This document shows positions 20,162 to 31,476 of a stretch of 64,000 nt of DNA, piece after piece. Where the stretch lies: IMG/VR virus record IMGVR_UViG_2667527582_000007; one strand, written 5' to 3'. Numbering within the stretch: the first letter of the stretch is position 1; each line of letters begins with the position of its first letter. This stretch comes from a virus (Duplodnaviria > Heunggongvirae > Uroviricota > Caudoviricetes). The notes under the pieces are model-generated. The model was not told the origin of the DNA. It saw only the letters and a program-made list of their open reading frames with translations, and did not search any database. The position numbers and the translations under genes are program-made.

Positions 20162-20515
20162 GTGGCTGATTCCGATAACCTGTTCGATGCTGCCATTGCC
20201 CGCGCCGATGAAACGATACGCGGGTACATGGGAACGTCAGCCACCATGACATCCGGTGAGCTGTCCGGTGCTGTGATACGTGGTGTTTTTGATGACCCTG
20301 AAAATATCAGCTATGCCGGACAGGGGGTGCGCGTTGAAGGCTCCAGCCCGTCCCTGTTTGTCCAGACTGATGATGTGCGGCAGCTGCGGCGTGGAGACAC
20401 ACTGACCATCGGCGAGGAAAACTTCTGGGTGGACCGGATTTCGCCGGATGATGGCGGAAGCTGTCATCTCTGGCTTGGGCGGGGCGTACCGCCTGCCGTT
20501 AACCGTCGCCGCTGA
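20162..20515 (+). CDS. FII: Head-tail joining protein FII
   Basis: 117-aa ORF MADSDNLFDAAIARADETIRGYMG... Confidence 0.85.
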   Translation: MADSDNLFDAAIARADETIRGYMGTSATMTSGELSGAVIRGVFDDPENISYAGQGVRVEGSSPSLFVQTDDVRQLRRGDTLTIGEENFWVDRISPDDGGSCHLWLGRGVPPAVNRRR

Positions 20516-20526
20516 AAGGGGGATGT

Positions 20527-21105
20527 ATGGCCATAAAAGGTCTTGAGCAGGCCGTTGAAAACCTCAGCCGTATCAGCAGAACGGCGGTGCCCGGTGCCGC
20601 CGCAATGGCCATTAACCGCGTTGCTTCATCCGCGATATCGCAGTCGGCGTCACAGGTTGCCCGTGAGACAAAGGTACGCCGGAAACTGGTAAAGGAAAGG
20701 GCCAGGCTGAAAAGGGCCACGGTCAAAAATCCGCAGGCCAGAATCAGGGTTAACCGGGGGGATTTGCCCGTAATAAAGCTGGGTAACGCGCGGATTGTCC
20801 TGTCCCGACGCAGGCGTCGTAAAAAGGGGCAGCGTTCAGCCCTGAAAGGTGGCGGCAGCGTGCTTGTGGTGGGAAACCGTCGTATTCCCGGCGCGTTTAT
20901 TCAGCAACTGAAAAATGGCCGCTGGCATGTCATGCAGCGTGTGGCCGGGAAAAACCGTTACCCCATTGATGTGGTGAAAATCCCGATGGCGGTGCCGCTG
21001 ACCACGGCGTTTAAACAGAATATTGAGCGGATACGGCGTGAGCGTCTTCCGAAAGAGCTGGGCTATGCGCTGCAGCATCAACTGAGGATGGTAATAAAGC
21101 GATGA
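20527..21105 (+). CDS. Z: Tail completion protein Z
   Basis: 192-aa ORF MAIKGLEQAVENLSRIS... Confidence 0.85.
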   Translation: MAIKGLEQAVENLSRISRTAVPGAAAMAINRVASSAISQSASQVARETKVRRKLVKERARLKRATVKNPQARIRVNRGDLPVIKLGNARIVLSRRRRRKKGQRSALKGGGSVLVVGNRRIPGAFIQQLKNGRWHVMQRVAGKNRYPIDVVKIPMAVPLTTAFKQNIERIRRERLPKELGYALQHQLRMVIKR

Positions 21106-21280
21106 AACATACTGAACTCCGTGCAGCCGTACTGGATGCACTGGAGAAGCATGACACCGGGGCGACGTTTTTTGATGGTCGCCCCGCTGTTTTTGATGAG
21201 GCGGATTTTCCGGCAGTTGCCGTTTATCTCACCGGCGCTGAATACACGGGCGAAGAGCTGGACAGCGATACCTGGCAGGC
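21102..21280 (+). CDS. U: Tail terminator U, N-terminal fragment
   Basis: MKHTELRAAVLDALEKHDTGATFFDGRPAVFDEADFPAVAVYLTGAEYTGEELDSDTWQ. Confidence 0.85.
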
Positions 21281-21290
21281 NNNNNNNNNN

Positions 21291-22062
21291 GTATGCCGCC
21301 ACCATTGAAAGTGAGCTGGATACGCAGTCAGCGATGGATTTTATTCTGGGCGCGAACAGTAAGGAGCAGCGGGAAAGGCTGACGGGCTGGATTGGTGAAA
21401 TTGCCGCGTATTACGCCGCAGCACCGGTCCGTCTGGGAGGCGCAAAAGTGCCGCACCTGATGCCGGGGGACTCACTGAACCTGCAGACGGCTCAGGACAC
21501 GGATAACGGCTACTCCGTGTTTGAGCAGTCACTGTTGCGGTATATCGCTGCCGGGCTGGGTGTCTCGTATGAGCAACTTTCCCGGAATTACGCCCAGATG
21601 AGCTACTCCACGGCACGGGCCAGCGCGAACGAGTCGTGGGCGCACTTTATGGGGCGGCGAAAATTCGTCGCATCCCGTCAGGCGAGCCAGATGTTTCTGT
21701 GCTGGCTGGAAGAGGCCATCGTTCGCCGCGTGGTGACGTTACCTTCAAAAGCGCGCTTCAGCTTTCAGGAAGCCCGCAGTGCCTGGGGGAACTGCGACTG
21801 GATAGGCTCCGGTCGTATGGCCATCGATGGTCTGAAAGAAGTTCAGGAAGCGGTGATGCTGATAGAAGCCGGACTGAGCACCTACGAGAAAGAGTGCGCG
21901 AAACGCGGTGACGACTATCAGGAAATTTTTGCCCAGCAGGTCCGTGAAACGATGGAGCGCCGCGCAGCTGGTCTTAAACCGCCCGCCTGGGCGGCTGCGG
22001 CATTTGAATCCGGGCTGCGACAATCAACAGAGGAGGAGAAGAGTGACAGCAGAGCTGCGTAA
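21291..22062 (+). CDS. B: Portal protein B, C-terminal part
   Basis: ...AATIESELDTQSAMDFILGANSKEQRERLTGWIGEIAAYY...EEEKSDSRAA*. Confidence 0.85.
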
Positions 22063-23362
22063 TCTCCCGCATATTGCCAGCATGGCTTTTAATGAGCCGC
22101 TGATGCTTGAACCCGCCTATGCGCGGGTTTTCTTTTGTGCGCTTGCAGGCCAGCTTGGGATCAGCCGCCTGACGGATGCAGTATCCGGCGACAGCCTGAC
22201 TGCCGGAGAGGCACCCGCGGCGCTGGCGTTATCCGGTGATGATGACGGACCACGACAGGCCCGCAGTTATCAGGTCATGAACGGCATCGCCGTGCTGCCG
22301 GTGTCCGGCACGCTGGTCAGCCGGACGCGGGCGCTGCAGCCGTACTCGGGGATGACCGGTTACAACGGCATTATCGCCCGTCTGCAACAGGCTGCCAGCG
22401 ACCCGATGGTGGACGGCATTCTGCTCGATATGGACACACCGGGCGGAATGGTGGCGGGAGCATTTGACTGCGCTGACATCATCGCCCGTGTGCGTGACAT
22501 AAAGCCGGTATGGGCGCTGGCCAATGACATGAACTGCAGCGCAGGTCAGCTGCTTGCCAGTGCCGCCTCCCGGCGTCTGGTCACGCAGACCGCCCGGACA
22601 GGCTCCATCGGCGTCATGATGGCTCACAGTAATTACGGCGCTGCACTGGAGAAACAGGGCGTGGAAATCACGCTGATTTACAGCGGCAGCCATAAGGTGG
22701 ATGGCAACCCCTACAGCCATCTACCGGATGATGTCCGGGAAACATTGCAGTCCCGGATGGATGCAACCCGCCGGATGTTTGCACAGAAGGTGTCGGCATA
22801 TACCGGCCTGTCCGTGCAGGCTGTGCTGGATACCGAGGCTGCAGTGTACAGCGGTCAGGAGGCCATTGATGCCGGACTGGCTGATGAACTTGTCAACAGC
22901 ACCGATGCGATCACCGTTATGCGTGATGCACTGGATGCACGTAAATCCCGTCTCTCAGGAGGGCGAATGACCAAAGAGACTCAATCAACAACTGTTTCAG
23001 CCACTGCTTCGCAGGCTGACGTTACTGACGTGGTGCCAGCGACGGAGGGCGAAAACGCCAGCGCGGCGCAGCCGGACGTGAACGCGCAGATCACCGCTGC
23101 GGTTGCGGCAGAAAACAGCCGCATTATGGGGATCCTCAACTGTGAGGAGGCTCACGGACGCGAAGAACAGGCCCGCGTGCTGGCAGAAACCCCCGGTATG
23201 ACCGTGGAAACGGCCCGCCGCATTCTGGCAGCTGCACCACAGAGTGCACAGGCGCGCAGTGACACTGCGCTGGATCGTCTGATGCAGGGGGCACCGGCAC
23301 CGCTGGCTGCAGGTAACCCGGCATCTGATGCCGTTAACGATTTGCTGAACACACCAGTGTAA
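22043..23362 (+). CDS. C: Head protease / minor capsid protein C (GTG start)
   Basis: MTAELRNLPHIASMAFNEPLMLEPAYARVFFCALAGQLG...NDLLNTPV*. Confidence 0.85.
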   Translation: MTAELRNLPHIASMAFNEPLMLEPAYARVFFCALAGQLGISRLTDAVSGDSLTAGEAPAALALSGDDDGPRQARSYQVMNGIAVLPVSGTLVSRTRALQPYSGMTGYNGIIARLQQAASDPMVDGILLDMDTPGGMVAGAFDCADIIARVRDIKPVWALANDMNCSAGQLLASAASRRLVTQTARTGSIGVMMAHSNYGAALEKQGVEITLIYSGSHKVDGNPYSHLPDDVRETLQSRMDATRRMFAQKVSAYTGLSVQAVLDTEAAVYSGQEAIDAGLADELVNSTDAITVMRDALDARKSRLSGGRMTKETQSTTVSATASQADVTDVVPATEGENASAAQPDVNAQITAAVAAENSRIMGILNCEEAHGREEQARVLAETPGMTVETARRILAAAPQSAQARSDTALDRLMQGAPAPLAAGNPASDAVNDLLNTPV

Positions 23363-23371
23363 GGGATGTTT

Positions 23372-23498
23372 ATGACGAGCAAAGAAACCTTTACCCATTA
23401 CCAGCCGCTGGGCAACAGTGACCCGGCACATACGGCAACCGCGCCCGGCGGATTGAGTGCGAAAGCGCCTGCAATGACCCCGCTGATGCTGGACACCT
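23372..23498 (+). CDS. D: Head decoration protein D, N-terminal fragment
   Basis: [42 protein letters not shown]. Confidence 0.85.
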
Positions 23499-23581
23499 NN
23501 NNNNNNNNAGGGCTAAATTAAACAGGCCTGAGGGATTGGCAGAACCGATCCTCAACTTTGCTTATGGCTGGNNNNNNNNNN

Positions 23582-23940
23582 TAATAACGGGAAAGTTATC
23601 CAGGACGGCGATCTGGATGTCAGCGGCGGCGGTCACGGTATTGATATCACCGGTGACAGCGCGACGGTAGATAACAAGGGCACCATGACCGTTACCGATC
23701 CGGAGTCCATCGGTATCCAGATTGACGGCGACAAGGCGGTTGTTAATAACGAAGGCGAGAGCACCATCACCAACGGCGGCACCGGCACGCAGATTAACGG
23801 TGACGACGCCACGGCGAATAACAGCGGCAAAACCACCGTTGACGGCAAGGATTCCACTGGCACGGAAATCAACGGCAATAACGGGAAAGTGATTCAGGAC
23901 GGCGATCTGGATGTCAGCGGCGGCGGTCACGGTATTGATA
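23582..23940 (+). CDS. Adhesin-like tandem-repeat protein fragment (plus-strand copy)
   Basis: Same 98-aa repeat as 6761-7278. Confidence 0.45.
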
Positions 23941-23950
23941 NNNNNNNNNN

Positions 23951-24216
23951 ATCTTCTGAGCCTGCTGTCGGCCTTTGAGGTCGTGGTATAGATGACGGAT
24001 GGCTGGCCGCTGTATGAATCACGCCTGAAGGGAAAGCTGCACGTTATCAGCAAGCGTTACACTCAGCGCATTGAGCGACATAATCTGAATCTGAGACAAC
24101 ATCTGGCAAGGCTGGGACGGAAGTCACTGTCGTTCTCAAAATCGGTGGAGCTGCATGACAAAGTCATCGGGCATTATCTGAACATAAAACACTATCAATA
24201 AGTTGGAGTCATTACC
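23951..24216 (+). mobile_element. IS1 3' portion (InsB C-terminus and right terminus)
   Basis: ...[69 protein letters not shown]; end ...aagttggagtcattacc. Confidence 0.9.
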
Positions 24217-24289
24217 ATTAGTGCGTTCTCAACAATGCACAGTCTGGTCATCGGACAGATCAAGACGGATGAGAAATCTNNNNNNNNNN

Positions 24290-24753
24290 GATTGGTCTAA
24301 ATTTGTCGACGTTATCAGTATGCTGAGCGTTCCAGTCATGACCTGTTAATGTTGCGATTCCTGAGTTAGCTGTAATTAACCCAGACGCTTTAAGATTTTG
24401 CACATCAATTCTGTCGTTTGCGAAATTATATGAAATTGCGTTACTAACGCTTCCGGCATCATCATAATCGCGTTTCTGAATAAACCAGTCGCCAGCATTA
24501 GCAATGAGAGTATAAGTAGGCGTGTTAGCCGGGCGATCTGTTTCATTAAATCTTATTGCCGGGTTAGCACTATTTATTTGTAAAGGTTTTTCGACCGTTG
24601 ATTTCAGTATCGCACTATCTACAATTAAATTACCTTCTGAGGTAAAGTCTAGATATTTTGTAGCACCAGCTGAACCACCGTATGTAAATCTTATTGTTAA
24701 TCGACCTTGCTCATTTGGAAAAGTCTGAACATACATATCAGCGGCAAGGCGCA
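24290..24753 (-). CDS. Phage tail fiber C-terminal region fragment
   Basis: ...RLAADMYVQTFPNEQGRLTIRFTYGGSAGATKYLDF...DWFIQKRDYDDAGSVSNAISYNFANDRIDVQNLKASG... Confidence 0.65.
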
Positions 24754-24808
24754 NNNNNNNNNNACTTAAAGCTTGCACCAAGTCTAGGGCGGTAATGACT
24801 CCAACTTA

Positions 24809-24852
24809 TTGATAGTGTTTTATGTTCAGATAATGCCCGATGACTTTGTCAT
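24809..24852 (-). mobile_element. IS1 right terminus (inverted orientation)
   Basis: ggtaatgactccaacttattgatagtgttttatgttcagataatg. Confidence 0.85.
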
Positions 24853-24862
24853 NNNNNNNNNN

Positions 24863-24955
24863 TCACGGTGGTGGTGAACACGGTGGCATCTGAAAATCCG
24901 GATGAAGCCGGGCGTTACAGCATGGACGTTGAGTACGGTCAGTACAGCGTTATTC
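24863..24955 (+). CDS. stf: Stf N-terminal fragment
   Basis: ...TVVNTVASENPDEAGRYSMDVEYGQYSVI. Confidence 0.75.
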
Positions 24956-24965
24956 NNNNNNNNNN

Positions 24966-25087
24966 CGGTAACTATGAGTTCCCACAACCGCTGCACGATG
25001 CGCTGGATAAATTCCAGGCCGACACCGGTATCGACATCGACATGCACATCGACGCTGCCAGCGGTGGCTTCCTGGCACCGTTCGTCG
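24966..25087 (+). CDS. Glutamate decarboxylase (GadA/GadB) internal fragment
   Basis: [40 protein letters not shown]; paralog not distinguishable. Confidence 0.8.
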
Positions 25088-25097
25088 NNNNNNNNNN

Positions 25098-26168
25098 CTT
25101 TTTGGTCTTGCCAGTTTGCGTTTTCAGGGTGACCAACATTTGCTGGATATTGCCTTCTGGTGCAACGAAAAAGGGGTCAGCGCCCGTCAGCAGCTTAGCG
25201 TTCAGCAACAAAATGGTATCTGGACATTAGTTCAAAGCGAAGAGGCGGAGATCCAACCACGCAGCGACGAAAAACGCATTCTGAGTAATGTTGCTGTACT
25301 GGAAGGTGCGCCGCCGCTATCGGAACACTGGCAACTGTTCAACAATAACGAAGTCCTGTTCAATGAAGCCCGTACCGCTCAGGCGGCGACGGTGGTCTTT
25401 TCTTTACAGCAAAATGCGCAAATCGAGCCACTGGCCCGCAGCATTCATACCCTGCGTCGCCAGCGCGGTAGTGCGATGAAAATCCTCGTGCGGGAAAATA
25501 CCGCTAGCCTGCGCGCCACCGATGAACGTTTGTTATTGGCCTGCGGTGCAAATATGGTTATTCCGTGGAATGCGCCACTCTCCCGTTGTCTGACGATGAT
25601 CGAAAGCGTGCAAGGGCAGAAGTTTAGTCGCTATGTGCCGGAAGATATCACTACCTTGCTGTCAATGACCCAGCCGCTCAAACTGCGTGGTTTCCAGAAG
25701 TGGGATGTGTTCTGTAATGCCGTCAACAACATGATGAATAACCCTCTATTACCTGCCCACGGTAAAGGCGTTCTGGTTGCCCTACGTCCGGTACCGGGTA
25801 TCCGCGTTGAACAAGCCCTGACGCTGTGTCGCCCTAACCGTACCGGCGATATCATGACCATTGGCGGTAATCGGCTGGTGCTGTTTCTCTCATTCTGTCG
25901 GATTAACGATCTGGATACCGCGTTGAATCATATTTTCCCATTGCCTACTGGCGACATTTTCTCAAACCGTATGGTCTGGTTTGAAGATGATCAAATCAGT
26001 GCCGAGCTGGTGCAGATGCGCTTGCTTGCCCCAGAACAATGGGGCATGCCGCTGCCTTTAACGCAAAGTTCTAAACCGGTCATCAATGCCGAGCACGATG
26101 GTCGCCACTGGCGACGAATACCAGAACCCATGCGACTGTTAGATGATGCTGTGGAGCGCTCATCATGA
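25098..26168 (+). CDS. bcsE: BcsE (cellulose biosynthesis, c-di-GMP binding), C-terminal ~356 aa
   Basis: ...[32 protein letters not shown]...[18 protein letters not shown]. Confidence 0.85.
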
Positions 26169-26356
26169 TGACCATCAGCGATATCATTGAAATTATTGTC
26201 GTTTGCGCACTGATATTTTTCCCGCTGGGCTATCTGGCGCGGCACTCTTTGCGACGCATTCGCGACACCTTACGTTTGTTCTTTGCTAAACCTCGTTATG
26301 TTAAACCGGCCGGGACGTTACGCCGCACGGAAAAAGCCAGGGCAACCAAAAAATGA
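26165..26356 (+). CDS. bcsF: BcsF small membrane protein
   Basis: 63-aa [34 protein letters not shown]... Confidence 0.85.
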
Positions 26357-28032
26357 CTCAATTTACGCAAAATACCGCCATGCCTTCTTCCCTCTGGCAA
26401 TACTGGCGCGGCCTTTCCGGCTGGAACTTCTATTTTCTGGTTAAGTTCGGCCTGTTGTGGGCGGGATATCTTAACTTCCATCCGCTCCTCAATTTGGTGT
26501 TTGCCGCGTTTCTGCTGATGCCCCTTCCGCGCTACAGCCTGCATCGCTTGCGCCACTGGATTGCCCTGCCGATCGGCTTTGCTTTGTTCTGGCATGACAC
26601 CTGGTTGCCTGGCCCGGAAAGCATAATGAGCCAGGGTTCGCAGGTGGCGGGGTTCAGTACCGATTATTTAATCGACCTTGTCACACGCTTTATTAACTGG
26701 CAGATGATTGGGGCCATTTTTGTTTTATTAGTGGCCTGGTTATTCCTGTCACAATGGATTCGCATTACCGTTTTTGTGGTTGCCATACTGCTATGGCTGA
26801 ACGTACTTACCCTGGCGGGACCAAGTTTCTCCTTGTGGCCAGCCGGACAACCGACGACCACTGTAACAACGACGGGTGGTAACGCAGCGGCAACCGTTGC
26901 GGCGACGGGTGGCGCACCGGTAGTGGGTGATATGCCCGCACAAACTGCACCGCCAACAACGGCGAACCTTAACGCCTGGCTGAATAATTTCTATAACGCG
27001 GAGGCGAAACGTAAATCGACCTTCCCGTCTTCGCTGCCCGCTGATGCTCAGCCATTTGAACTACTGGTGATTAACATCTGTTCGCTTTCCTGGTCGGATA
27101 TAGAAGCCGCCGGGTTGATGTCGCATCCACTGTGGTCGCATTTCGATATTGAGTTCAAGAACTTTAACTCCGCCACCTCCTACAGTGGCCCGGCGGCGAT
27201 CCGTTTACTGCGCGCCAGCTGCGGGCAGACTTCGCACACTAATCTGTATCAACCGGCAAATAACGACTGCTATCTGTTTGATAACCTTTCGAAACTGGGC
27301 TTTACCCAGCACCTGATGATGGGACATAACGGCCAGTTCGGCGGTTTTTTGAAAGAAGTTCGCGAAAATGGCGGCATGCAGAGCGAATTGATGGATCAAA
27401 CAAATCTGCCGGTTATTTTGCTGGGCTTTGATGGTTCGCCGGTTTATGACGATACCGCTGTGCTTAACCGCTGGCTGGACGTTACCGAAAAAGATAAAAA
27501 CAGCCGTAGTGCCACGTTCTACAACACGCTTCCACTGCATGACGGCAACCATTATCCGGGGGTCAGCAAAACAGCGGATTACAAAGCGCGGGCGCAGAAA
27601 TTCTTTGATGAACTGGACGCCTTCTTTACTGAACTTGAGAAATCGGGTCGTAAAGTGATGGTGGTCGTGGTGCCGGAACACGGCGGCGCGCTGAAGGGCG
27701 ACAGAATGCAGGTATCTGGCCTACGTGATATCCCTAGCCCGTCTATCACCGACGTCCCCGTTGGGGTGAAATTCTTCGGCATGAAGGCACCGCATCAGGG
27801 GGCACCGATTGTCATCGAACAACCGAGCAGCTTCCTGGCTATCTCCGATCTGGTGGTTCGCGTTCTCGATGGCAAGATTTTCACCGAAGACAATGTTGAC
27901 TGGAAAAAACTCACCAGTGGGTTGCCACAAACAGCACCGGTCTCCGAGAACTCAAATGCAGTAGTTATTCAATACCAGGATAAACCGTACGTTCGCCTGA
28001 ACGGCGGCGACTGGGTGCCTTACCCGCAGTAA
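26353..28032 (+). CDS. bcsG: BcsG (cellulose phosphoethanolamine transferase)
   Basis: 559-aa [50 protein letters not shown]... Confidence 0.85.
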
Positions 28033-28118
28033 GAACGAAAAAGGCCGCAGAGTTTCCCCCCTGCGGCCTGGTCCGGGCGCAAATTGCCATTACGGCAGCC
28101 TGACGCCCGCATGGCACG

Positions 28119-28226
28119 TTACTTCCGCTTGTTCAGCCAGTTCACGATCATACTGGCAAGAATACCAGCAATGACCGGAGCCGCTAAATCATGCCAGAAG
28201 GCCATGCCCAGTTCTGCGAGCGTCAT
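28119..28226 (-). CDS. ldrD: LdrD-type type I toxin (35 aa), copy 1
   Basis: MTLAELGMAFWHDLAAPVIAGILASMIVNWLNKRK*. Confidence 0.8.
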   Translation of the reverse strand: MTLAELGMAFWHDLAAPVIAGILASMIVNWLNKRK

Positions 28227-28601
28227 ATAGCCGCCTGTATTGTAATGACAACGTTTCGCGGCTATTCTTGTATTGTTTGGATGCAAGAATGGCCCCCGTG
28301 GTGTTGTCAGGTGCATACCTGCAACGTGCGGGGGTTTTCTCTCTCCAGCAACCAATGCCACCAGGGATTAAGCCCCCGCAACATTGCGCCTCACCGGAAT
28401 CCTTCCGGCTTGACGCTGATTCTACGACTGTTTTTCTGTTCCGGAATCCGTCTCATCTTCACTCTGTGCTGCGCATTCCGCAGAATATTATCCGCTTGCA
28501 ACCGTTGCATTTTTCTTACGAAAAAGGCCGCAGAGTTTCACCCCTGCGGCCTGGTCCGGGCGCAAATTGCCATTACGGCAGCCTGACGCCCGCATGACAC
28601 G

Positions 28602-28709
28602 TTACTTCCGCTTATTCAGCCAGTTCACGATCATACTGGCAAGAATGCCAGCAATGACCGGAGCCGCTAAATCATGCCAGAAGGCCATGCCCAGTTCTGC
28701 GAGCGTCAT
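28602..28709 (-). CDS. ldrD: LdrD-type type I toxin (35 aa), copy 2 (tandem LDR duplication, 483-bp period)
   Basis: Identical peptide; the flanking leader region also repeats. Confidence 0.8.
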   Translation of the reverse strand: MTLAELGMAFWHDLAAPVIAGILASMIVNWLNKRK

Positions 28710-28858
28710 ATAGCCGCCTGTGTTGTAATGCCAACGTTTCGCGGCTATTCTTGAGTTGTTTGGGTTCAAGATTAGCCCCCGTGATGTTGTCAGGTGCATA
28801 CCTGCAACGTGCGGGGGTTTTCTCTCTCCAGCAACCAATGCCACCAGGNNNNNNNNNN

Positions 28859-29159
28859 CGCCGGTTTTAAGGGATTAATTACTTCAAAAGTAAAATCTCG
28901 CCCGCAATGTTGTGACGATGACGCGATGATCATTTGCGGGTGCATGGCCCGTCTGAAAAAGAACAACAGCGATTTGCACGATTTATTAGTAGATTATTAT
29001 GTAGTCGGTATGACATTCATGTCACTGGCAGGTAAGCATTGCTGCTCTGATGGTTATATCGGGAAAAGGTTACAGAAGGCTGAGGGCATAATTGAAGGGA
29101 TGTTAATGGCATTAGATATCCGGTTAGAGATGGATATCGTTGTTAATAACTCTAATTAA
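28859..29159 (+). CDS. Hypothetical Cys-rich small protein (C-terminal ~100 aa), convergent with porin
   Basis: ORF 28794..29159 ...[19 protein letters not shown]...[14 protein letters not shown]...; function unknown. Confidence 0.35.
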
Positions 29160-29185
29160 TACGCCAATTATTTACTAAAAGTTAT

Positions 29186-29325
29186 TAAAAATGGGGCGTT
29201 GAGACGCCCCCAAAAATAAAGGGTAATATATAACAGAAGGTTTATATAGTTAGAAGCAAGGTTGTGCTCCTAAAGGAAGTGGCTTGAGGGAGCCACTTAT
29301 ATGTTGGGGAGGCAAAGCCTCCCGC
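29186..29325. terminator. Cluster of three hairpins between convergent genes
   Basis: ggggcgttgagacgcccc, aagtggcttgagggagccactt, gggaggcaaagcctccc. Confidence 0.5.
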
Positions 29326-29347
29326 AACATATCTTTTAGTAATCAAA

Positions 29348-30013
29348 TTAGAACTGGTAAACCATACCTACAGCAACGATATCATCGGTAGCAACGCCAG
29401 ATGCTTTCGTGAAATCGCTCTTATCAATCAGGTTGATTTTGTAATCAACAAAAGTGGACATATTTTTGTTGAAGTAATAGGTTGCACCTACATCAATATA
29501 TTCAACCAAGTCCTGATCACCCCACGCACCCAAGTCTTTTCCTTTAGATTGCAGGTAAGCAACGGACGGACGCAGACCGAAGTCGAACTGATATTGTGCA
29601 ACTACTTCGAAGTTTTGTGCTTTGTTGGCAATATGGTTATTACCAAAAACAGTCATGTTCTGGGTTTCAGAATAGGTGGTAGCCAGATAGATGTTGTTCG
29701 CATCATATTTCAGACCAGCTGCCCATACTTCAGCATTTTGACCAGATGCATTCAGGCTGTTGTTACCGTAGATAACCTGATTATTAGTGCGGTCAGATTT
29801 AGCATAGGTTGCACCTACACCGAATCCTTCATACTCATAAGTAGTGGAGAAACCGAAACCATCACCATTAGCTTCAGTTACGTCAGTGCGGTCATTTTTA
29901 CCCTGATACTGAGCAGCAAAGTTCAGACCATCAACCAGACCAAAGAAGTCATTGTTACGATAAGTTGCAACACCTGTGGTGCGACCAGTCATGAATACAT
30001 CTGTTTGGGTCCA
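29348..30013 (-). CDS. General porin (NmpC/Lc/OmpD-like), C-terminal ~220 aa
   Basis: ...[25 protein letters not shown]...[10 protein letters not shown]...[38 protein letters not shown]. Confidence 0.8.
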   Translation of the reverse strand, partial: WTQTDVFMTGRTTGVATYRNNDFFGLVDGLNFAAQYQGKNDRTDVTEANGDGFGFSTTYEYEGFGVGATYAKSDRTNNQVIYGNNSLNASGQNAEVWAAGLKYDANNIYLATTYSETQNMTVFGNNHIANKAQNFEVVAQYQFDFGLRPSVAYLQSKGKDLGAWGDQDLVEYIDVGATYYFNKNMSTFVDYKINLIDKSDFTKASGVATDDIVAVGMVYQF

Positions 30014-30282
30014 NNNNNNNNNNNNNNNNNNNNNNNNNNNNNNNNNNNNNNNNNNNNNNNNNNNNNNNNNNNNNNNNNNNNNNNNNNNNNNNNNNNNNNN
30101 NNNNNNNNNNNNNNNNNNNNNNNNNNNNNNNNNNNNNNNNNNNNNNNNNNNNNNNNNNNNNNNNNNNNNNNNNNNNNNNNNNNNNNNNNNNNNNNNNNNN
30201 NNNNNNNNNNNNNNNNNNNNNNNNNNNNNNNNNNNNNNNNNNNNNNNNNNNNNNNNNNNNNNNNNNNNNNNNNNNNNNNNNN
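30014..30282. other. Assembly gap (269 N)
   Basis: Run of N. Confidence 1.
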
Positions 30283-31140
30283 CTTTTTTCTCAGCTATCG
30301 TCCTCTTATTTTGCCGTTACATTTCTTTTTGCACTCTAATGATTAATTTACAATAATAATATCGGTAATTATTGAGTAATAATAAATTGATTATTGCAAA
30401 TGTAATTTAATTCCATCTTCGCGTTATATTCCAATCTTTAATCTCCGCATGGAACAAGTTGCATGCGTGACTATATTAAGACAACTTATAACCACCAAAA
30501 CATTTGCTTTGCAAGCAAAAACAGTGACCATTGACTCTAAGAAAATTCCGATCTATTGTTAGGATCATCAAAGTTACTTAACAGTATTCCGAAATGAAAA
30601 TACAAAGCAAGCTAATTGTCTTATTAAACATTATCATTGCATTTATATTATTTGAGCTTTTAGCTCAAAAATTTGGTTTGAGTACATTATTTTAAAGCAA
30701 GATAAACAATATCGGGCACTCTAGTTTTTATAATTAACAATTAAACGTCCATAAAATGTTATTTACTTTTCTTCGCTATTGTCATATCTTAATATTGTGG
30801 CTTACGCCACTCTACTTTCATCACATTTTGTACGTTTATGTACTCGCCATGAAGCTCTTTCATGGCGATTTTTTATTCTTAATCCAAGAACATACTCCCT
30901 ACCTATAGCAAAATCACTTTTTTAACAAAAGAATAACGTATTTAGGTAATCATTACGAATTTACCCTATAGGTGCTACTGGCCATTCAATATCCGGTGCT
31001 ACTGATGTATCAACACTGTTCAGCAACACCCGATATGTCTTCCATGCCGTCAGTAACGATGTCTCTTCCTCCGTTGCGATCTCCAGCTCAGCAACAGTCT
31101 GAACGTACCAGGAACAGCCTCCTTCAGGGCTTGAAGGATA

Positions 31141-31466
31141 TCAATGTTCGCTTCCTGTTAACTGCCGGACAAGTGCAACCAGTTCGCTTACCTGATTTTC
31201 CAGAGTGCTGATCCGGGTGCCTGCTGTTGCCAGATTTTGACGTAGCGTTGTGTTTTCCTCTTCCAGCGCGGTAACGCGATCATCTGTTTCACGGGCGACC
31301 TGAACAAGTAACCCCGTCACGGCGGCGTAGTCAACATTCAGATAACGTGTTTCTTCACGTAATTCATTGCCGTCAACCGTTGGTCCCTGCAACTCTTCAC
31401 CGTAATGAGTAAACGATCCCACAGCTTCTGGTATCGCCTCCATTACTTCCTGTGCAATAACGCCAG
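31141..31466 (-). CDS. Phage tail fiber/tailspike C-terminal intramolecular chaperone (peptidase S74-like) domain
   Basis: GVIAQEVMEAIPEAV...YLNVDYAAVTGLLVQVARE...LEEENTTLRQNL motif typical of S74 auto-chaperone domains. Confidence 0.55.
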
Positions 31467-31476
31467 NNNNNNNNNN

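Noticed and set aside
23509-23571. Isolated 63-bp block between two N runs
   Set aside because: Too short to assign; no recognisable motif, tRNA structure or repeat.
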